A stretch of 63,992 bases of DNA, counting the filler, from an uncultured Clostridia bacterium (lineage in GTDB: Bacteria > Aerophobota > Aerophobia > Aerophobales > B3-G15): NCBI GenBank assembly GCA_964482715.1. It is 6 parts of 4 records of this genome, joined end to end, with 100 filler letters (N's around TTAATTAATTAA, not from the genome) between each part and the next. Parts side by side here need not be neighbours in the genome. Positions count along the whole stretch, not along the records: positions 1 to 5,397 come from CAYZYX010000001.1; positions 5,498 to 15,109 come from CAYZYX010000001.1; 4 more parts are not named here. One strand, given 5' to 3'. Shown here one piece after another: positions 1-10,652 of this stretch (the stretch's first letter is position 1; each line of letters opens with the position of its first letter). The notes under the pieces are model-generated. The model was given only the letters and a program-made list of their open reading frames with translations. It made no database searches and was not told the origin of the DNA. The position numbers were made by a program, and so were the translations under genes.

Positions 1-105
1 AGCTATAATTTTATAAGCTTCACTTAAAACTTCAGTGTAGGAGACTTAATATTTTTGAAGAAGCGAGGGTAAATCATGCTGGTTTAACAGAAATATTATG
101 AAGAT

Positions 106-618
106 TCAGGGAGAAAAACTCCATCCTCCGTATTTTTTAAAGTACTCTACTAATCCTCCTGATTCAATAATTTTTAGTATTTCCGGAGCAAATGGTTCAA
201 CAGAGAGGGAGATTCCCCTATTTTCTATCTTTATTTCTCCTTTACCAAGATCAATTTGCAAAATATCTCCCTGTTTTATTTTATCTGTTTGGGTTATTAT
301 TATGGGAAGTCCGGTGTTGATGGCATTACGGTAAAAGATCCTGGCAAAGGAACGTGCAAGTACTGCTCCTATTTTAGCGTGTTTAATCACCAGAGGAGCT
401 TGTTCACGAGACGACCCGCATCCGAAATTTTCACCGGCCACAATAAAATCACCAGGAGTAATCCGGTTATAGAATCCTGGATGGATATCTTCAAATATGT
501 GTCTGACCAGTTCATCAAGATTAAGGGTCTTAAATTTATACCGTCCAGAAATTATGTAGTCTGTATTTATGTCATCTCCAAATTTATGAACCTTCCCCCT
601 TAAAATTTTTCCTTTCAT
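106..618 (-). CDS. leuD: 3-isopropylmalate dehydratase/homoaconitase-family small subunit (LeuD/HacB type)
   Basis: [24 protein letters not shown] and [12 protein letters not shown] motifs; overlaps the large-subunit stop. Confidence 0.85.
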   Translation of the reverse strand: MKGKILRGKVHKFGDDINTDYIISGRYKFKTLNLDELVRHIFEDIHPGFYNRITPGDFIVAGENFGCGSSREQAPLVIKHAKIGAVLARSFARIFYRNAINTGLPIIITQTDKIKQGDILQIDLGKGEIKIENRGISLSVEPFAPEILKIIESGGLVEYFKKYGGWSFSP

Positions 619-1880
619 TTGAGATATCTCCTGGGGTCAGTTATTTTCCCTTCAACTGCCGATGCGGCAACTGTTGCTGGAGAGGCAAGATAGATAAAAG
701 CATCGGGATTTCCCATTCTTCCTTTAAAATTTCTATTAGCTGTGGAGATCACATTTTCTCCATCAGCAGGAATTCCATTATGAGTTCCCACACAACATCC
801 ACAGCCAGGGGTCACTATTGCAGCACCCGCATCCACAAGACAGGATATGATGCCTTCTCTTAAAGCTTCAAGGTAAATTCTCCGTGAGGCTGGTGCAATG
901 ATAAATCTTACCTCTGGATGAACCTTCCTCTTACTTAAAATGGAAGCAGCTATTCTTAGATCTTCAAGTCTTCCGTTGGTACAGGTTCCTAAAAAAGCTT
1001 GCTGGATAGGGATTCCCTCTACCTCTTCCACTGGACAGACATTATCCACGGTATGGGGGCGGGCTATCTGAGGAGAAAGGTGAGAAATGTCAAATTCAAA
1101 AACTTTGCTGTAAACAGCGTCTGGATCTGGATTTACCGGTTTAATTTCTTTTTTTACTCTTCCCTTTATCCAGTTTGCAGTCTTTTTGTCTACTTTCATT
1201 ATTCCAGTCTTTGCCCCCATTTCCATAGCCATATTGGATATCGTGAACCTTGATTCCATAGAGAGATTTTCAATTACCTCCCCCTCAAATTCTATTGACT
1301 TGTAGGTAGCTCCTCGTGAGGTAATTTTTCCTGCCAGGTAAAGAATCACATCTTTGGCATAAACTCCATGGGATAGTTTTCCTTTCAGATAAACTTTGAT
1401 GCTCTCTGGAACTCGAAGCCATATACACCCAGAAGCCATCACGGCTGCAAGATCAGTAGATCCAACTCCAGTGGCAAAAGCGTTTAATGCTCCATAGGTA
1501 CAGGTATGAGAGTCTGCTCCCACAACGAGGTCTCCTGGACTGACCCATCCTTCTTCAACTGTTACCACATGGCATACTCCGGACCCTATATCGTAAAAGT
1601 TAATTCCCTTCTCTCGAGCAAAATCACGCATGAGTTTCTGGAGGGAAGCTATGTCTTTACTTGGAGGTGGGGCGCTGTGATCTATGAAAAAGGCTACTTT
1701 ATCCGGTGCAAAAATCTTTTCTTTTCCCATTTCTTGAAATCTCTGAATGGCAAGGGGTGCTGTTCCGTCCTGCGCTATGGCAAAATCAACCCGGGTTATT
1801 ACCAGTTCACCTGCCTCAACTTCTCTGCCGCAATGTCTGGATATTATCTTTTCAGCAATTGTCTTTCCCATGGTTAGCAC
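615..1880 (-). CDS. leuC: 3-isopropylmalate dehydratase/homoaconitase-family large subunit (LeuC/HacA type); likely start ATG 1871
   Basis: GADSHTCT, GTCTNGR, PGCGCC and STANRNFKGRMG aconitase [4Fe-4S] motifs. Confidence 0.88.
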   Translation of the reverse strand: MLTMGKTIAEKIISRHCGREVEAGELVITRVDFAIAQDGTAPLAIQRFQEMGKEKIFAPDKVAFFIDHSAPPPSKDIASLQKLMRDFAREKGINFYDIGSGVCHVVTVEEGWVSPGDLVVGADSHTCTYGALNAFATGVGSTDLAAVMASGCIWLRVPESIKVYLKGKLSHGVYAKDVILYLAGKITSRGATYKSIEFEGEVIENLSMESRFTISNMAMEMGAKTGIMKVDKKTANWIKGRVKKEIKPVNPDPDAVYSKVFEFDISHLSPQIARPHTVDNVCPVEEVEGIPIQQAFLGTCTNGRLEDLRIAASILSKRKVHPEVRFIIAPASRRIYLEALREGIISCLVDAGAAIVTPGCGCCVGTHNGIPADGENVISTANRNFKGRMGNPDAFIYLASPATVAASAVEGKITDPRRYLK

Positions 1881-1887
1881 CCGGATT

Positions 1888-2532
1888 TCACCTTTGCCCG
1901 TATTTTTCCATGTAAGCTCGATGAGCTCTGGCTACCTCCTCGGGAGGTATCTCATCAGGTTTACCTCTAAGGAGAGCAAGGTATACTGTCTTGGCAACAT
2001 CCTCTACCATTATTGCTGCTTTAACAGCCTCCTCTGGTGTTGGTCCAATGGTAAAGACTCCATGGTTTTTCATCAAAATGGCAGGAGAGTTGCCAATAGA
2101 GCGAACTATTTCTTTACCTATTTCCTCACCACCAATAGGAGCGTACTTTCCCACTGGAATTGGTCCTCCAAATTCATCGGCAATGGCGGTAAGATAAACC
2201 GGAATTGGTTCACCGAGAGCTGCAAAACTTGTGGCATAATTTGAATGAGTATGAACTATTCCATTCACATCCCTGCGGTGTCGGTAAACGTAAAGGTGGG
2301 TCTTCGTATCTACAGAGGGTTTCAGTTTGCCCTCAACCACATTGCCTTCAGGATCAACCACAACCATTAGAGTAGGTTTCAGTTCCGAGTATTTTACCCC
2401 ACTTGGTTTGATTACCACATATCCTGTTTCAGAATCCCTTCCACTTACATTACCACTTGTAGCAGTTACCAGTTTATTTCTGGGCAGTTCCAAATTCAAT
2501 TCACAGACACGCTCCTTAAGATCTTCTAACAT
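1888..2532 (-). CDS. araD: L-ribulose-5-phosphate 4-epimerase (class II aldolase/adducin family)
   Basis: TSGNVS, IKPSG, PSVDT, HTHS and NHG motifs; directly downstream of ribulokinase. Confidence 0.85.
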   Translation of the reverse strand: MLEDLKERVCELNLELPRNKLVTATSGNVSGRDSETGYVVIKPSGVKYSELKPTLMVVVDPEGNVVEGKLKPSVDTKTHLYVYRHRRDVNGIVHTHSNYATSFAALGEPIPVYLTAIADEFGGPIPVGKYAPIGGEEIGKEIVRSIGNSPAILMKNHGVFTIGPTPEEAVKAAIMVEDVAKTVYLALLRGKPDEIPPEEVARAHRAYMEKYGQR

Positions 2533-4214
2533 TTTTCCACTCCTTCTCCTTTTACTTTTAATTTGATCTTTTTCAATCTTTTCATAACGTCATTCTCTCC
2601 TCTGCCGAAATAGTCGTGAAGCCTGTCATATTCAGAAAAGATCTGCTGGTATATCTTGTGACTTTCCGGATCAGGAGAGTAGTAATCTTCTTTTAAATAT
2701 GCCATATGTTCTACTGCTTCAAAAATGTTGTTATATCCCCCATTCGCACGTCCTGCAGCTACTGCCCCAAACATAGCTGACCCAAAAGCAGGAGTGTGAG
2801 GTCTGGCGGAAAGTTTGATTTTTCTGCCGGTTACATCGGCAAAAATCTGCATAACCAGTCTACTTTTCTCCGGCAAACCTCCACAGGCATAAAGTTCGTT
2901 TACCTTTATTTGTTTTTCTTCAAAAGAATTGATTATCTTGTAAGTACCAAAAGCGGTAGCCTCAATAATAGCTCTGTAGATTTCCTCGGGCTTGGTTTCA
3001 AGAGTATAACCCAGAAGAACACCGGTTAGATCAGCATCTACAAGAACAGAGCGGTTTCCATTCCACCAGTCAAGAGCCAGAAGTCCGGTTTCACCAGGTT
3101 TAATACCGAAAGCTTTTTCTTCCAGAACTTGATAAATATCCATGTTTCTTTTTCTGGTTTCCTCCCAGTATTCCGGGGGAACTGTGTTTTTCACCATCCA
3201 GGCATAGATATCACCCACTGCTGACTGTCCAGCTTCATACCCAAAATAACCAGGAAGTATCCCTTCCTTAACTATTCCACAAGCTCCTGGTATAGGCTGA
3301 AACTTTTTATCTACCATCATATGACATATAGAGGTTCCCATTATCATGACCATCTTTCCCGGTTCAGTAACACTCATGGCTGGAACGGAGACATGGGCAT
3401 CTACATTGGCAACCGCTACAGGAGTGCCTTCTTTAAGCCCAGTGACACTGGCCATGTAGGCAGTTAGTCCTCCCGCTTTTTGCCCCAGAAAATATATGTT
3501 TCTGGTCATCTTTTCATCAACGATATTTTCCATTTCGGGATGAACAGCTCGAAAGTACTCCTCAGAAGGGAAACCTTCATCCGGGTCCCAGATAGCTTTA
3601 TATCCTGCAGTACAGGAACTTCTTTTTTCTTCGCCTGTTAATTGCCAGACTACCCAGTCTGCTGCTTCTATAAGTTTATCTGCAGCTTGATAAATTTCCG
3701 GAGCTTCATTTAAAATCTGCAGACATTTAGGAAAAAACCACTCGGAAGAGATTTTTCCTCCATAACGTTCCAGCCATTTTTCTCCTCTTTCCCTGGCTAT
3801 CTGATTTATTCTGTCAGCCTCTGGTTGTGCTGCATGGTGTTTCCAGAGTTTAACCCAGGCATGGGGATTATTTTTGAACTCCTTTTTCATACAGAGGGGA
3901 ACCCCATTTTTATCAGTAGGAAGCATGGTACAGGAAGTAAAGTCTATACCTATACCAATCACATCATCGGGAGAAATACCTGCCTCTCTTAAAACAGCAG
4001 GAATAGCTGTTTTAATTGCTTCGAGATAATCAGCCGGGTTCTGCAGGGCCCAATCAGGTTCAAGCTCAATGTCTGTTCCTGGAAGTCTCTCGTCTATCAC
4101 TCCATCTGCATAACGATGCACAGCACTTGCCACTTCTTCTCCATTGTCTACCCTTACCAGTACAGCCCTTGCTGATTCTGTACCAAAATCTATCCCGATA
4201 GAAAATTTTGCCAT
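2526..4214 (-). CDS. araB: Ribulokinase (FGGY family)
   Basis: [37 protein letters not shown] and LDWWNGNRS motifs. Confidence 0.92.
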   Translation of the reverse strand: MAKFSIGIDFGTESARAVLVRVDNGEEVASAVHRYADGVIDERLPGTDIELEPDWALQNPADYLEAIKTAIPAVLREAGISPDDVIGIGIDFTSCTMLPTDKNGVPLCMKKEFKNNPHAWVKLWKHHAAQPEADRINQIARERGEKWLERYGGKISSEWFFPKCLQILNEAPEIYQAADKLIEAADWVVWQLTGEEKRSSCTAGYKAIWDPDEGFPSEEYFRAVHPEMENIVDEKMTRNIYFLGQKAGGLTAYMASVTGLKEGTPVAVANVDAHVSVPAMSVTEPGKMVMIMGTSICHMMVDKKFQPIPGACGIVKEGILPGYFGYEAGQSAVGDIYAWMVKNTVPPEYWEETRKRNMDIYQVLEEKAFGIKPGETGLLALDWWNGNRSVLVDADLTGVLLGYTLETKPEEIYRAIIEATAFGTYKIINSFEEKQIKVNELYACGGLPEKSRLVMQIFADVTGRKIKLSARPHTPAFGSAMFGAVAAGRANGGYNNIFEAVEHMAYLKEDYYSPDPESHKIYQQIFSEYDRLHDYFGRGENDVMKRLKKIKLKVKGEGVEKC

Positions 4215-4315
4215 TTTTTCCTCCCGGTTAGAGCTTTTATTTTGCTTATTTTACTAAAAAAACTATCCCAAGACAAGAAAAAAAATCGCTGGTCGGATAC
4301 TGAAAAATTCAACTC

Positions 4316-5089
4316 TTATGATAGAAGACTCAGCACCTCTTCATGAAAAATACCGTTTGAGGCTACATAGCCCCTGATCCGTGGACTCCAGGGCTTACCA
4401 CGGGTATCAGTTACTTTTCCTCCAGCTTCTTCTACAATTAGTGCTCCTGCAGAAAAATCCCATGGTTTATCAAAATACTCTACCATGAGGTCCACTTTTC
4501 CCTCAGCTATATAGGTTAGCGCTCTGGCTGTTGAACCAAACATTCTGACATTAAAAACTTTTCTTCCCAACTTCACCAGGTTTTGAAGAACCAGATTCTC
4601 TTTATCAAGGTTAAAATTACTGTCATAGATGAGTGTAGCTTCACTTAACTTCCTTTGTGAAACCTCTATTTTTTTCTGGTTTAAGAAAGCACCTTTTCCT
4701 TTTTGAGCAAAGTAGAATTGATTGTGGTAAGGCAGATAAACCACACCCAGAACAACTTCTCCTCTCCATTCAACAGCTATAGATACACCAAACATCTCGA
4801 TACATCTAATGTAGTTGTGAGTTCCATCAAGAGGATCAATTATCCATCTATATTCACCTGTTCCCTGAAACCCTTTGCTTTCTTCTGAGAGTATGCTATG
4901 ATGAGGATAGCTTTTTTGAATAAGCTGGATGATTTTTCTTTCTATTTCTATATCGACATTGGTTACAAGGTCGCCTCTCTTTTTGATGCCAATTGTCCCA
5001 ACTTTACCAAAATTTTCCATGAGGATTTCACCAGCTTGCTTTGCTGCCTCAACAGCTAATTTCTTTATCTGGCTCAATTCATTTTCCAT
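4316..5089 (-). CDS. suhB: Inositol monophosphatase family protein
   Basis: ILSEE, WIIDPLDGTHN and KPWDFSAG motifs; start placed at ATG 5089 (MENELSQ). Confidence 0.85.
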   Translation of the reverse strand: MENELSQIKKLAVEAAKQAGEILMENFGKVGTIGIKKRGDLVTNVDIEIERKIIQLIQKSYPHHSILSEESKGFQGTGEYRWIIDPLDGTHNYIRCIEMFGVSIAVEWRGEVVLGVVYLPYHNQFYFAQKGKGAFLNQKKIEVSQRKLSEATLIYDSNFNLDKENLVLQNLVKLGRKVFNVRMFGSTARALTYIAEGKVDLMVEYFDKPWDFSAGALIVEEAGGKVTDTRGKPWSPRIRGYVASNGIFHEEVLSLLS

Positions 5090-5228
5090 AGTATGTGCCT
5101 CTTTTAACTTAGTTTGTTTTCTTTTTGAAAGGTTAATAAATAAGTTTAAAGTTTCTGATGGATAAGTCAAATAAAAATTTAAAGAAATTATGTGTGATTG
5201 CCGATAAACCATAAGGGTTTAAAATAAG

Positions 5229-5397
5229 ATGGAGCAAAAAAGAATAAGGCATATTGGATTTATATCCACCAGATTGGCCGGCATAGACGGTGTTTCTCTG
5301 GAGGTTGCAAAATGGGCCAGGGTTCTGGAGGAAGAAGGATATGTATGCTTTTACATGGCTGGAGAGCTTGATAGACCCCCGGAGAAGTCATTACTTG
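5229..5397 (+). CDS. Glycosyltransferase (GT4-like, resembling the mannosylglucosylglycerate synthase N-terminus), truncated by gap
   Basis: IGFISTRLAGIDGVSLEVAKW N-terminal motif; runs into the N gap. Confidence 0.6.
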
Positions 5398-5497
5398 NNN
5401 NNNNNNNNNNNNNNNNNNNNNNNNNNNNNNNNNNNNNNNNNTTAATTAATTAANNNNNNNNNNNNNNNNNNNNNNNNNNNNNNNNNNNNNNNNNNNN
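5398..5497. other. Artificial contig linker
   Basis: N run flanking TTAATTAATTAA (stops in all six frames). Confidence 0.99.
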
Positions 5498-6376
5498 CCA
5501 CCAGGAGGGACTTTTTCAACTGTTGTTTATAATGGTGCCAAGGCTGCTGCAGAAATACTGGGTGACAGAGTGAATGTAAAGTATGTCTGGTCTGACTGGA
5601 ATCCTCATAAGATGGTGTCACAGTTTCAGGAAATAGTAGCTATGCGTCCAGACGGAATAGCTGTTATGGGACATCCTGGAGTAGATGCCTTAAAACCTTT
5701 TGTTGAGGAAGCTGAAAGACTCGGAATTATTGTAACCAGTCAAAACGTAACTCTTCCCGAACTGGAAGAAAAGTATAAGGCTAATGGATTTGGCTATGTG
5801 GGTCAGGACTTATACGCTTCTGGATACATGCTTGGAAAAGCAGCTGTGCAAAGAGCAGGTTTGGGTAAGGGAGATAGAGCATTTGTCTGGGGACTTTTAA
5901 GAGAACCGACCCGGGGTCTGAGAACCAGGGGAGCAATAGATGCTCTTAAGGAGGCAGGACTTATCGTAGATTACCTTGAAATCTCGCCCGAGGTTGATAA
6001 AGACGCATCAGCCGGAATACCTACCATAGTAGGGTACCTGCAGAAACATCCAGATTGCAAATTAATCATTACTGACCACGGTCAGCTTACCGCTACTATT
6101 CCAACCTATTTGAGAGCTGCAGGTCTTGGTCCGGATGATGTTTATGGTGCTGGTTTTGACCTTTCTCCTCCCACACTGGAGGGAATTAAAAGCGGCTATG
6201 TTGATCTGGTGCATTCTCAACAACCCTTCTTACAGGGATTTTTGCCTATCTTTCAGATTTATCTCACAGTAAAGTACAAGATTGCTGGACTTCATATTGA
6301 TACCGGAATTGGCCTTATAGATAAAACAAACGTAGAACCAATTGCTGAACTTGTTGAAAAGGGATTGGCTGGATAA
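5498..6376 (+). CDS. Sugar ABC transporter substrate-binding protein (RbsB-like), N-terminus missing
   Basis: Frame open from the gap (PPGGTFSTVVYNGAKAAA...); GYVGQDLYASG and AGFDLS motifs; followed by ATPase and permease. Confidence 0.88.
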   Translation, partial: PPGGTFSTVVYNGAKAAAEILGDRVNVKYVWSDWNPHKMVSQFQEIVAMRPDGIAVMGHPGVDALKPFVEEAERLGIIVTSQNVTLPELEEKYKANGFGYVGQDLYASGYMLGKAAVQRAGLGKGDRAFVWGLLREPTRGLRTRGAIDALKEAGLIVDYLEISPEVDKDASAGIPTIVGYLQKHPDCKLIITDHGQLTATIPTYLRAAGLGPDDVYGAGFDLSPPTLEGIKSGYVDLVHSQQPFLQGFLPIFQIYLTVKYKIAGLHIDTGIGLIDKTNVEPIAELVEKGLAG

Positions 6377-6390
6377 TAAAGAAAAAACTT

Positions 6391-6422
6391 AAAATGCGGA
6401 CTCCTCTGTGAGTCCGCATTTT
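6391..6422 (+). terminator. Stem-loop between binding-protein and ATPase genes (terminator or mRNA stabiliser)
   Basis: AAAATGCGGACTC-ctctgt-GAGTCCGCATTTT, a perfect 13-bp inverted repeat. Confidence 0.75.
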
Positions 6423-6445
6423 GTATTGCTAAAAAGAGGCATAAA

Positions 6446-7225
6446 ATGGCCAAGAACAACCTGCTGGTGGAGATGAAAGATATCCACAAGTACTTTGGTA
6501 AGGTTGTTGCGTTGAGAGGAGTTGATTTTCAGGTTGGTCCTAATGAGGTAGTTGGTTTGATAGGTGATAATGGTGCCGGTAAGTCAACCCTTATAAAGAT
6601 TTTAAGTGGAGTTTATCCTCCCACGAGAGGGGAGATCTACATTAAAGGGAAAAAAATAGATTTAAAACATTATTCAGTTGAGGAAGCTCATAAACTGGGT
6701 ATTGAAACTGTTTTTCAGGAACAGGCTCTTGGAGTGAAACAGACTATATGGCGAAACCTCTTTCTGGGTCGAGAAAAACAGGTGGCCGATTCTCTTGGTT
6801 TTATAAGAATAGAGAAGGCGCAAGAGGAAACTGATCGTATGATGAGAAAGCTTCTGGGATTTACCGGAGGAGGTGTATCGCCAGATTCTACGGTGAGGAC
6901 TCTGTCAGGAGGAGAACGTCAGGGAATAGCCATAGGTAGAGCCATGTATTTTGAAGCTGATCTTATAATTCTCGATGAACCGACCAGAGCTTTATCGATA
7001 AAAGAAGTGAATAAAGTTTTAAATTTTATTAAAAAGGTAAAGGAAGCCGGTAAATCCTGCATTTACATATCTCATACTATTGCCCATGTATATTCTGTTT
7101 CTGATAGATTCGTGATCCTGGATCGTGGACAGGTTGTAGGTGAGTACAAAAGAAAAGATATTTCTGAACCCGAGCTTAATGAAGTTTTGATTCAGATTCA
7201 TGAAGCTCCACCTTCCAGATCTTGA
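6446..7225 (+). CDS. Sugar ABC transporter ATP-binding protein (single domain)
   Basis: Walker A GDNGAGKS, LSGGERQ signature, ILDEPT. Confidence 0.92.
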   Translation: MAKNNLLVEMKDIHKYFGKVVALRGVDFQVGPNEVVGLIGDNGAGKSTLIKILSGVYPPTRGEIYIKGKKIDLKHYSVEEAHKLGIETVFQEQALGVKQTIWRNLFLGREKQVADSLGFIRIEKAQEETDRMMRKLLGFTGGGVSPDSTVRTLSGGERQGIAIGRAMYFEADLIILDEPTRALSIKEVNKVLNFIKKVKEAGKSCIYISHTIAHVYSVSDRFVILDRGQVVGEYKRKDISEPELNEVLIQIHEAPPSRS

Positions 7226-8205
7226 GTTTTAAGGAGCAGGTTTTGAAAACCAGAAGAATTGACATCGGAAGGTATAAAACGCAAATCGGACTTATTATAA
7301 TGTTCTTTGCCATCCTGGTGTTATTTATGGTTACAAGCCCGGGGGTATTTTTGAGACCCACCATTTACTTTGCATTTTTATCAACGGTTCCCTTTGTGGG
7401 TATAATGGGGCTGGGCTTAACACTTGTTCTGGTAAGCGGAGAGATTGACCTTTCTTTTACCTCCGTAATGGCTCTGTCCAGTTATTTTTGTGCTGTAGTA
7501 TTTCATTCCACGGGAAGTTTGACTCTGGGTATATTGAGCGCCTTTGTCACTGGAATTGGAATAGGAACTGTAAATGGTATTCTGGTTAGAAAAGTTGGGA
7601 TTCCTTCCATAGTAGCCACCATTGGAATGATGTTTGCGGTTAGGGGATGTGTTAATGTTATTTCTGGAGGGTTGGGAAAATCGCTTGTGTCTCTCATGGG
7701 GAATCCTTTACACACTGCCCTGGCGGGAAAAATAGGAGGCTATATTCCGGCTCAATCGGTGTGGTTTCTTGGACTGACTGTGGTTATGTGGTTTATCCTT
7801 TTCAGACATCGCTTTGGTAGTCACGTGCTCTTTGTCGGCGATAATGAGGATGCTGCCAGAATGATGGGGGTTAAAGTTGATAGGACAAAAACCCTGGTAT
7901 TTATAATTATGGGTCTTCTGGCATCTTTTGCTGGATTGGTTGATAGTTTTAGATTGTTGAAGTGGTGGCCAACTATGGGAGAAGGTTACCTTATGACCAC
8001 CATGGCTACTGTTTTTGTTGGAGGAACTTCCATGCTTGGCGGCGAGGGAAGCATTCTGGGTACCTTTATCGGTGCTTTCCTAATTGGTTCGCTTGAAGCC
8101 GGGATTGTTGCCGCAGGTCTTTCGGGTTTCTGGACACAGTTAATTTATGGTTTACTTATTGTCATCGCCGTCACCATTCATACAGTGGTTAGAGGAAGAG
8201 GTTAG
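7222..8205 (+). CDS. Sugar ABC transporter permease (RbsC/BPD_transp_2)
   Basis: GEIDLS, GDNEDAARMMGV and VFVGGTSMLGGEG motifs; multiple TM segments. Confidence 0.92.
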   Translation: MSFKEQVLKTRRIDIGRYKTQIGLIIMFFAILVLFMVTSPGVFLRPTIYFAFLSTVPFVGIMGLGLTLVLVSGEIDLSFTSVMALSSYFCAVVFHSTGSLTLGILSAFVTGIGIGTVNGILVRKVGIPSIVATIGMMFAVRGCVNVISGGLGKSLVSLMGNPLHTALAGKIGGYIPAQSVWFLGLTVVMWFILFRHRFGSHVLFVGDNEDAARMMGVKVDRTKTLVFIIMGLLASFAGLVDSFRLLKWWPTMGEGYLMTTMATVFVGGTSMLGGEGSILGTFIGAFLIGSLEAGIVAAGLSGFWTQLIYGLLIVIAVTIHTVVRGRG

Positions 8206-8245
8206 CGAAATAGAATCAGGGATTTAACTTTATATTTATTTTTTC

Positions 8246-9028
8246 ATGATTATCCTGTCTATTTTTTTGATAATGATAGGCCTTGCAGTGGGTTCTTTTC
8301 TCAACGTGGTAATTTACCGGCTACCCAGAGGATATTCTTTCTGGAGTCCGGCTTCCCACTGCCCTCAATGCAAAAGTCCTATTAGATGGTATGACAATAT
8401 TCCTCTGTTGAGTTTCATCCTTCTTGGTGGTAGATGTAGAAATTGCCACAGGCCAATTTCCTGGAGATATCCTCTGGTAGAAGGTGTAACGGGTTTTTTC
8501 TTTTTCCTTGTCTTTGTTCTGTGTTGCTGGAAAGTCTTTAACTTCTCCGCTATGGTTTACCTTGTTAAACAGCTTTTTTTTATTTGTCTTCTTATTCCGA
8601 CTTTTTTTATTGACCTTGAACATCAGATTATTCCTGATTCTGTATCTTACACCATGATAGTTTCTGGAATTATTTTTTCAATTATTCAACGGTTTTTTTA
8701 CTCCTCTATCCTTGGTGTGGCTTCAGGGGCCTTGATTTTTCTGGTAATTTACTATATAAGCCTTTTATTCCTTCGTCAACCTGGAATGGGAGTTGGAGAT
8801 ATTAAGATAGCTGCAGGGATAGGTGCTTATCTTGGCTGGAAACTATCACTTTTGGCTTTTTTTCTATCTTTCTTTATAGGTGCAGTGGCGGCTTCTTTTT
8901 TTATTCTTTTTGGTTTGAAAAAAATGAGAGATAAAGTTCCTTTTGGACCCTTTCTGGTGACAGGTGCATTTATTGCCCTTTTTTTTGGAAGAAGATTAAC
9001 AGAAATTTACTTTTACTTTTTCTGGTAA
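8246..9028 (+). CDS. pilD: Type IV prepilin peptidase (A24)
   Basis: GSFLNVVIYRLP, two CxxC pairs, IDLEHQIIPD, GMGVGDIK, PFGPFL. Confidence 0.93.
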   Translation: MIILSIFLIMIGLAVGSFLNVVIYRLPRGYSFWSPASHCPQCKSPIRWYDNIPLLSFILLGGRCRNCHRPISWRYPLVEGVTGFFFFLVFVLCCWKVFNFSAMVYLVKQLFFICLLIPTFFIDLEHQIIPDSVSYTMIVSGIIFSIIQRFFYSSILGVASGALIFLVIYYISLLFLRQPGMGVGDIKIAAGIGAYLGWKLSLLAFFLSFFIGAVAASFFILFGLKKMRDKVPFGPFLVTGAFIALFFGRRLTEIYFYFFW

Positions 9029-9034
9029 GAAAAA

Positions 9035-9940
9035 ATGAAAAAAGTTAAAGTTACCGTTCCTGCCTCTACCACTAACCTGGGAAGCGGGTTTGATTGTCTG
9101 GGTCTTGCTTTAACTCTTTATAATACAATAGAAATGGAATTTTCGGGAGAAAAAGAGCTGGTTATTGAAGTTGAGGGAGAGGGAAAAGAATCCATTCCCA
9201 GAGATGAAACCAACATTATTTTTCCAGCCATTAAAATGGTGTTTGACCGGGTGAAGGCAAAGCCTTTTGGACTTAAAATAAAAGAAGTAAATTCCATTCC
9301 TTTAAGTAGGGGACTTGGAAGTAGTGCAGCTACTCGAATTGGTGGACTGGTTGGAGCGACCTTGCTTCTTGGTCTTTCTCTGTCCCGTGAGGAAATATTA
9401 AAAATGGCTATCGAGCTGGAGGGACATCCCGACAACGTAGCTGCATCACTTCTGGGAGGATTTGTTGCTGTGGCTGAGGTTGAGAAAAAACCTCTGTGGG
9501 TAAAGCTTAAGGTGCCTGATAATTTAAAGGTGGTTGTTGCTGTTCCCGATAGGGGGATTTTAACCGAAAAAGCAAGAAAGATTCTTCCCCAGAAGATTCC
9601 TTTTCAGGATGCCCTTTTTAATCTTTCACGGGTAGCTTTACTTGTTCCTTCCCTAAGCCAGGGATTGTGGAATAACCTTGTTTTTGGTACTCAGGATCGC
9701 CTTCATCAACCTTACCGCTCTGCTCTTCTTCCCGGTATGATGGATGTTTTTGAGGCAGCTTTGCATGCGGGAGCAAAAGGGGTGTTTCTTTCAGGGGCGG
9801 GTTCAAGTATCGCAGCCTTAACTTTGAACGATGGAAAAAAAATTGGTCAAGCCATGCAAAAAGCCTTCTCAGAAAAGGGGTTAAAATCAAGATTCATGAT
9901 TCTCTCTGTTGATAACCAGGGAGTTAAAATCAATGAGTAA
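9035..9940 (+). CDS. thrB: Homoserine kinase
   Basis: VPASTTNLGSGFD, PLSRGLGSSA, EGHPDN, DRLHQPYR, SGAG. Confidence 0.93.
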   Translation: MKKVKVTVPASTTNLGSGFDCLGLALTLYNTIEMEFSGEKELVIEVEGEGKESIPRDETNIIFPAIKMVFDRVKAKPFGLKIKEVNSIPLSRGLGSSAATRIGGLVGATLLLGLSLSREEILKMAIELEGHPDNVAASLLGGFVAVAEVEKKPLWVKLKVPDNLKVVVAVPDRGILTEKARKILPQKIPFQDALFNLSRVALLVPSLSQGLWNNLVFGTQDRLHQPYRSALLPGMMDVFEAALHAGAKGVFLSGAGSSIAALTLNDGKKIGQAMQKAFSEKGLKSRFMILSVDNQGVKINE

Positions 9941-10220
9941 GGGCAGGAAAGCTTTTATTTTTCTTGTTATAGCTGAAATAATTATTTTACTTATGGTGGG
10001 GATAAAGATAAAGAAGGACATAGCCAGGGTGGATGCTCAGCTTGATAAAATAAAAAAAGAGATAGGACAGTTGGAGGAAGAAAACAGGAAATTGAGAGAA
10101 ATGAAAAAAAAGGCCCTGGACCCTTTTTTTATAGAAAAAATAGCCCGGGATGAGCTTGGCCTGGCAAGAAAAGGAGAAATAATTTACTGGATTGCATCTA
10201 AGAGGAGTTCAGCTGGTTAA
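9933..10220 (+). CDS. Septum formation initiator (FtsB/DivIC family)
   Basis: Single N-terminal TM, coiled coil, IEKIARDELGLARKGE motif. Confidence 0.8.
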   Translation: MSKGRKAFIFLVIAEIIILLMVGIKIKKDIARVDAQLDKIKKEIGQLEEENRKLREMKKKALDPFFIEKIARDELGLARKGEIIYWIASKRSSAG

Positions 10221-10221
10221 T

Positions 10222-10641
10222 TTATGCTCGCTCAACTTGCTCTGTGGTCAGGGTTAGTTTCACCTGTTTAACCCCCCTTATAGGAGCAAAATGATCGGCA
10301 AGTTTTTTAATAACAGAAATTTTTCCTCTTACTATTACCACCTCAAGACACGTGTGAGCATCCAGATGAACATGAGTGCTGGCAACAACCATGTTGGTGT
10401 AGCTGTGCTGAAGGTCAATAAGAGCATCAAGGGTGGTTCTTGTATCATGGTCATATAAAAGGCTTATCACTCCAACACCTCTTTTTTCCTCTACTTTCCA
10501 GCTCTCTTCGATCAGCCAGTTTCTTATTAAATCTCCTATAGCTTTGGAGCGGTTGTTATATCCCTTTTTCCCGATTTCGGCATCAAATCTTTTTAGTAGA
10601 CTTTCATCAAGACAAACTCCAAAGCGAACCTTCCCGGGCAT
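10222..10641 (-). CDS. nikR: Nickel-responsive regulator
   Basis: RFGVCL ribbon-helix-helix, NRSKAIGDL, YDH and HVHLDAHTCLE Ni site. Confidence 0.92.
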   Translation of the reverse strand: MPGKVRFGVCLDESLLKRFDAEIGKKGYNNRSKAIGDLIRNWLIEESWKVEEKRGVGVISLLYDHDTRTTLDALIDLQHSYTNMVVASTHVHLDAHTCLEVVIVRGKISVIKKLADHFAPIRGVKQVKLTLTTEQVERA

Positions 10642-10652
10642 TTAACCCTCCT

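Noticed and set aside
5398-5497. Repeated TTAATTAATTAA palindrome inside N runs (five times), and ORFs ending in X...LIN
   Set aside because: Artificial contig-joining linker, not biology; ORF-track ends inside linkers are artefacts.
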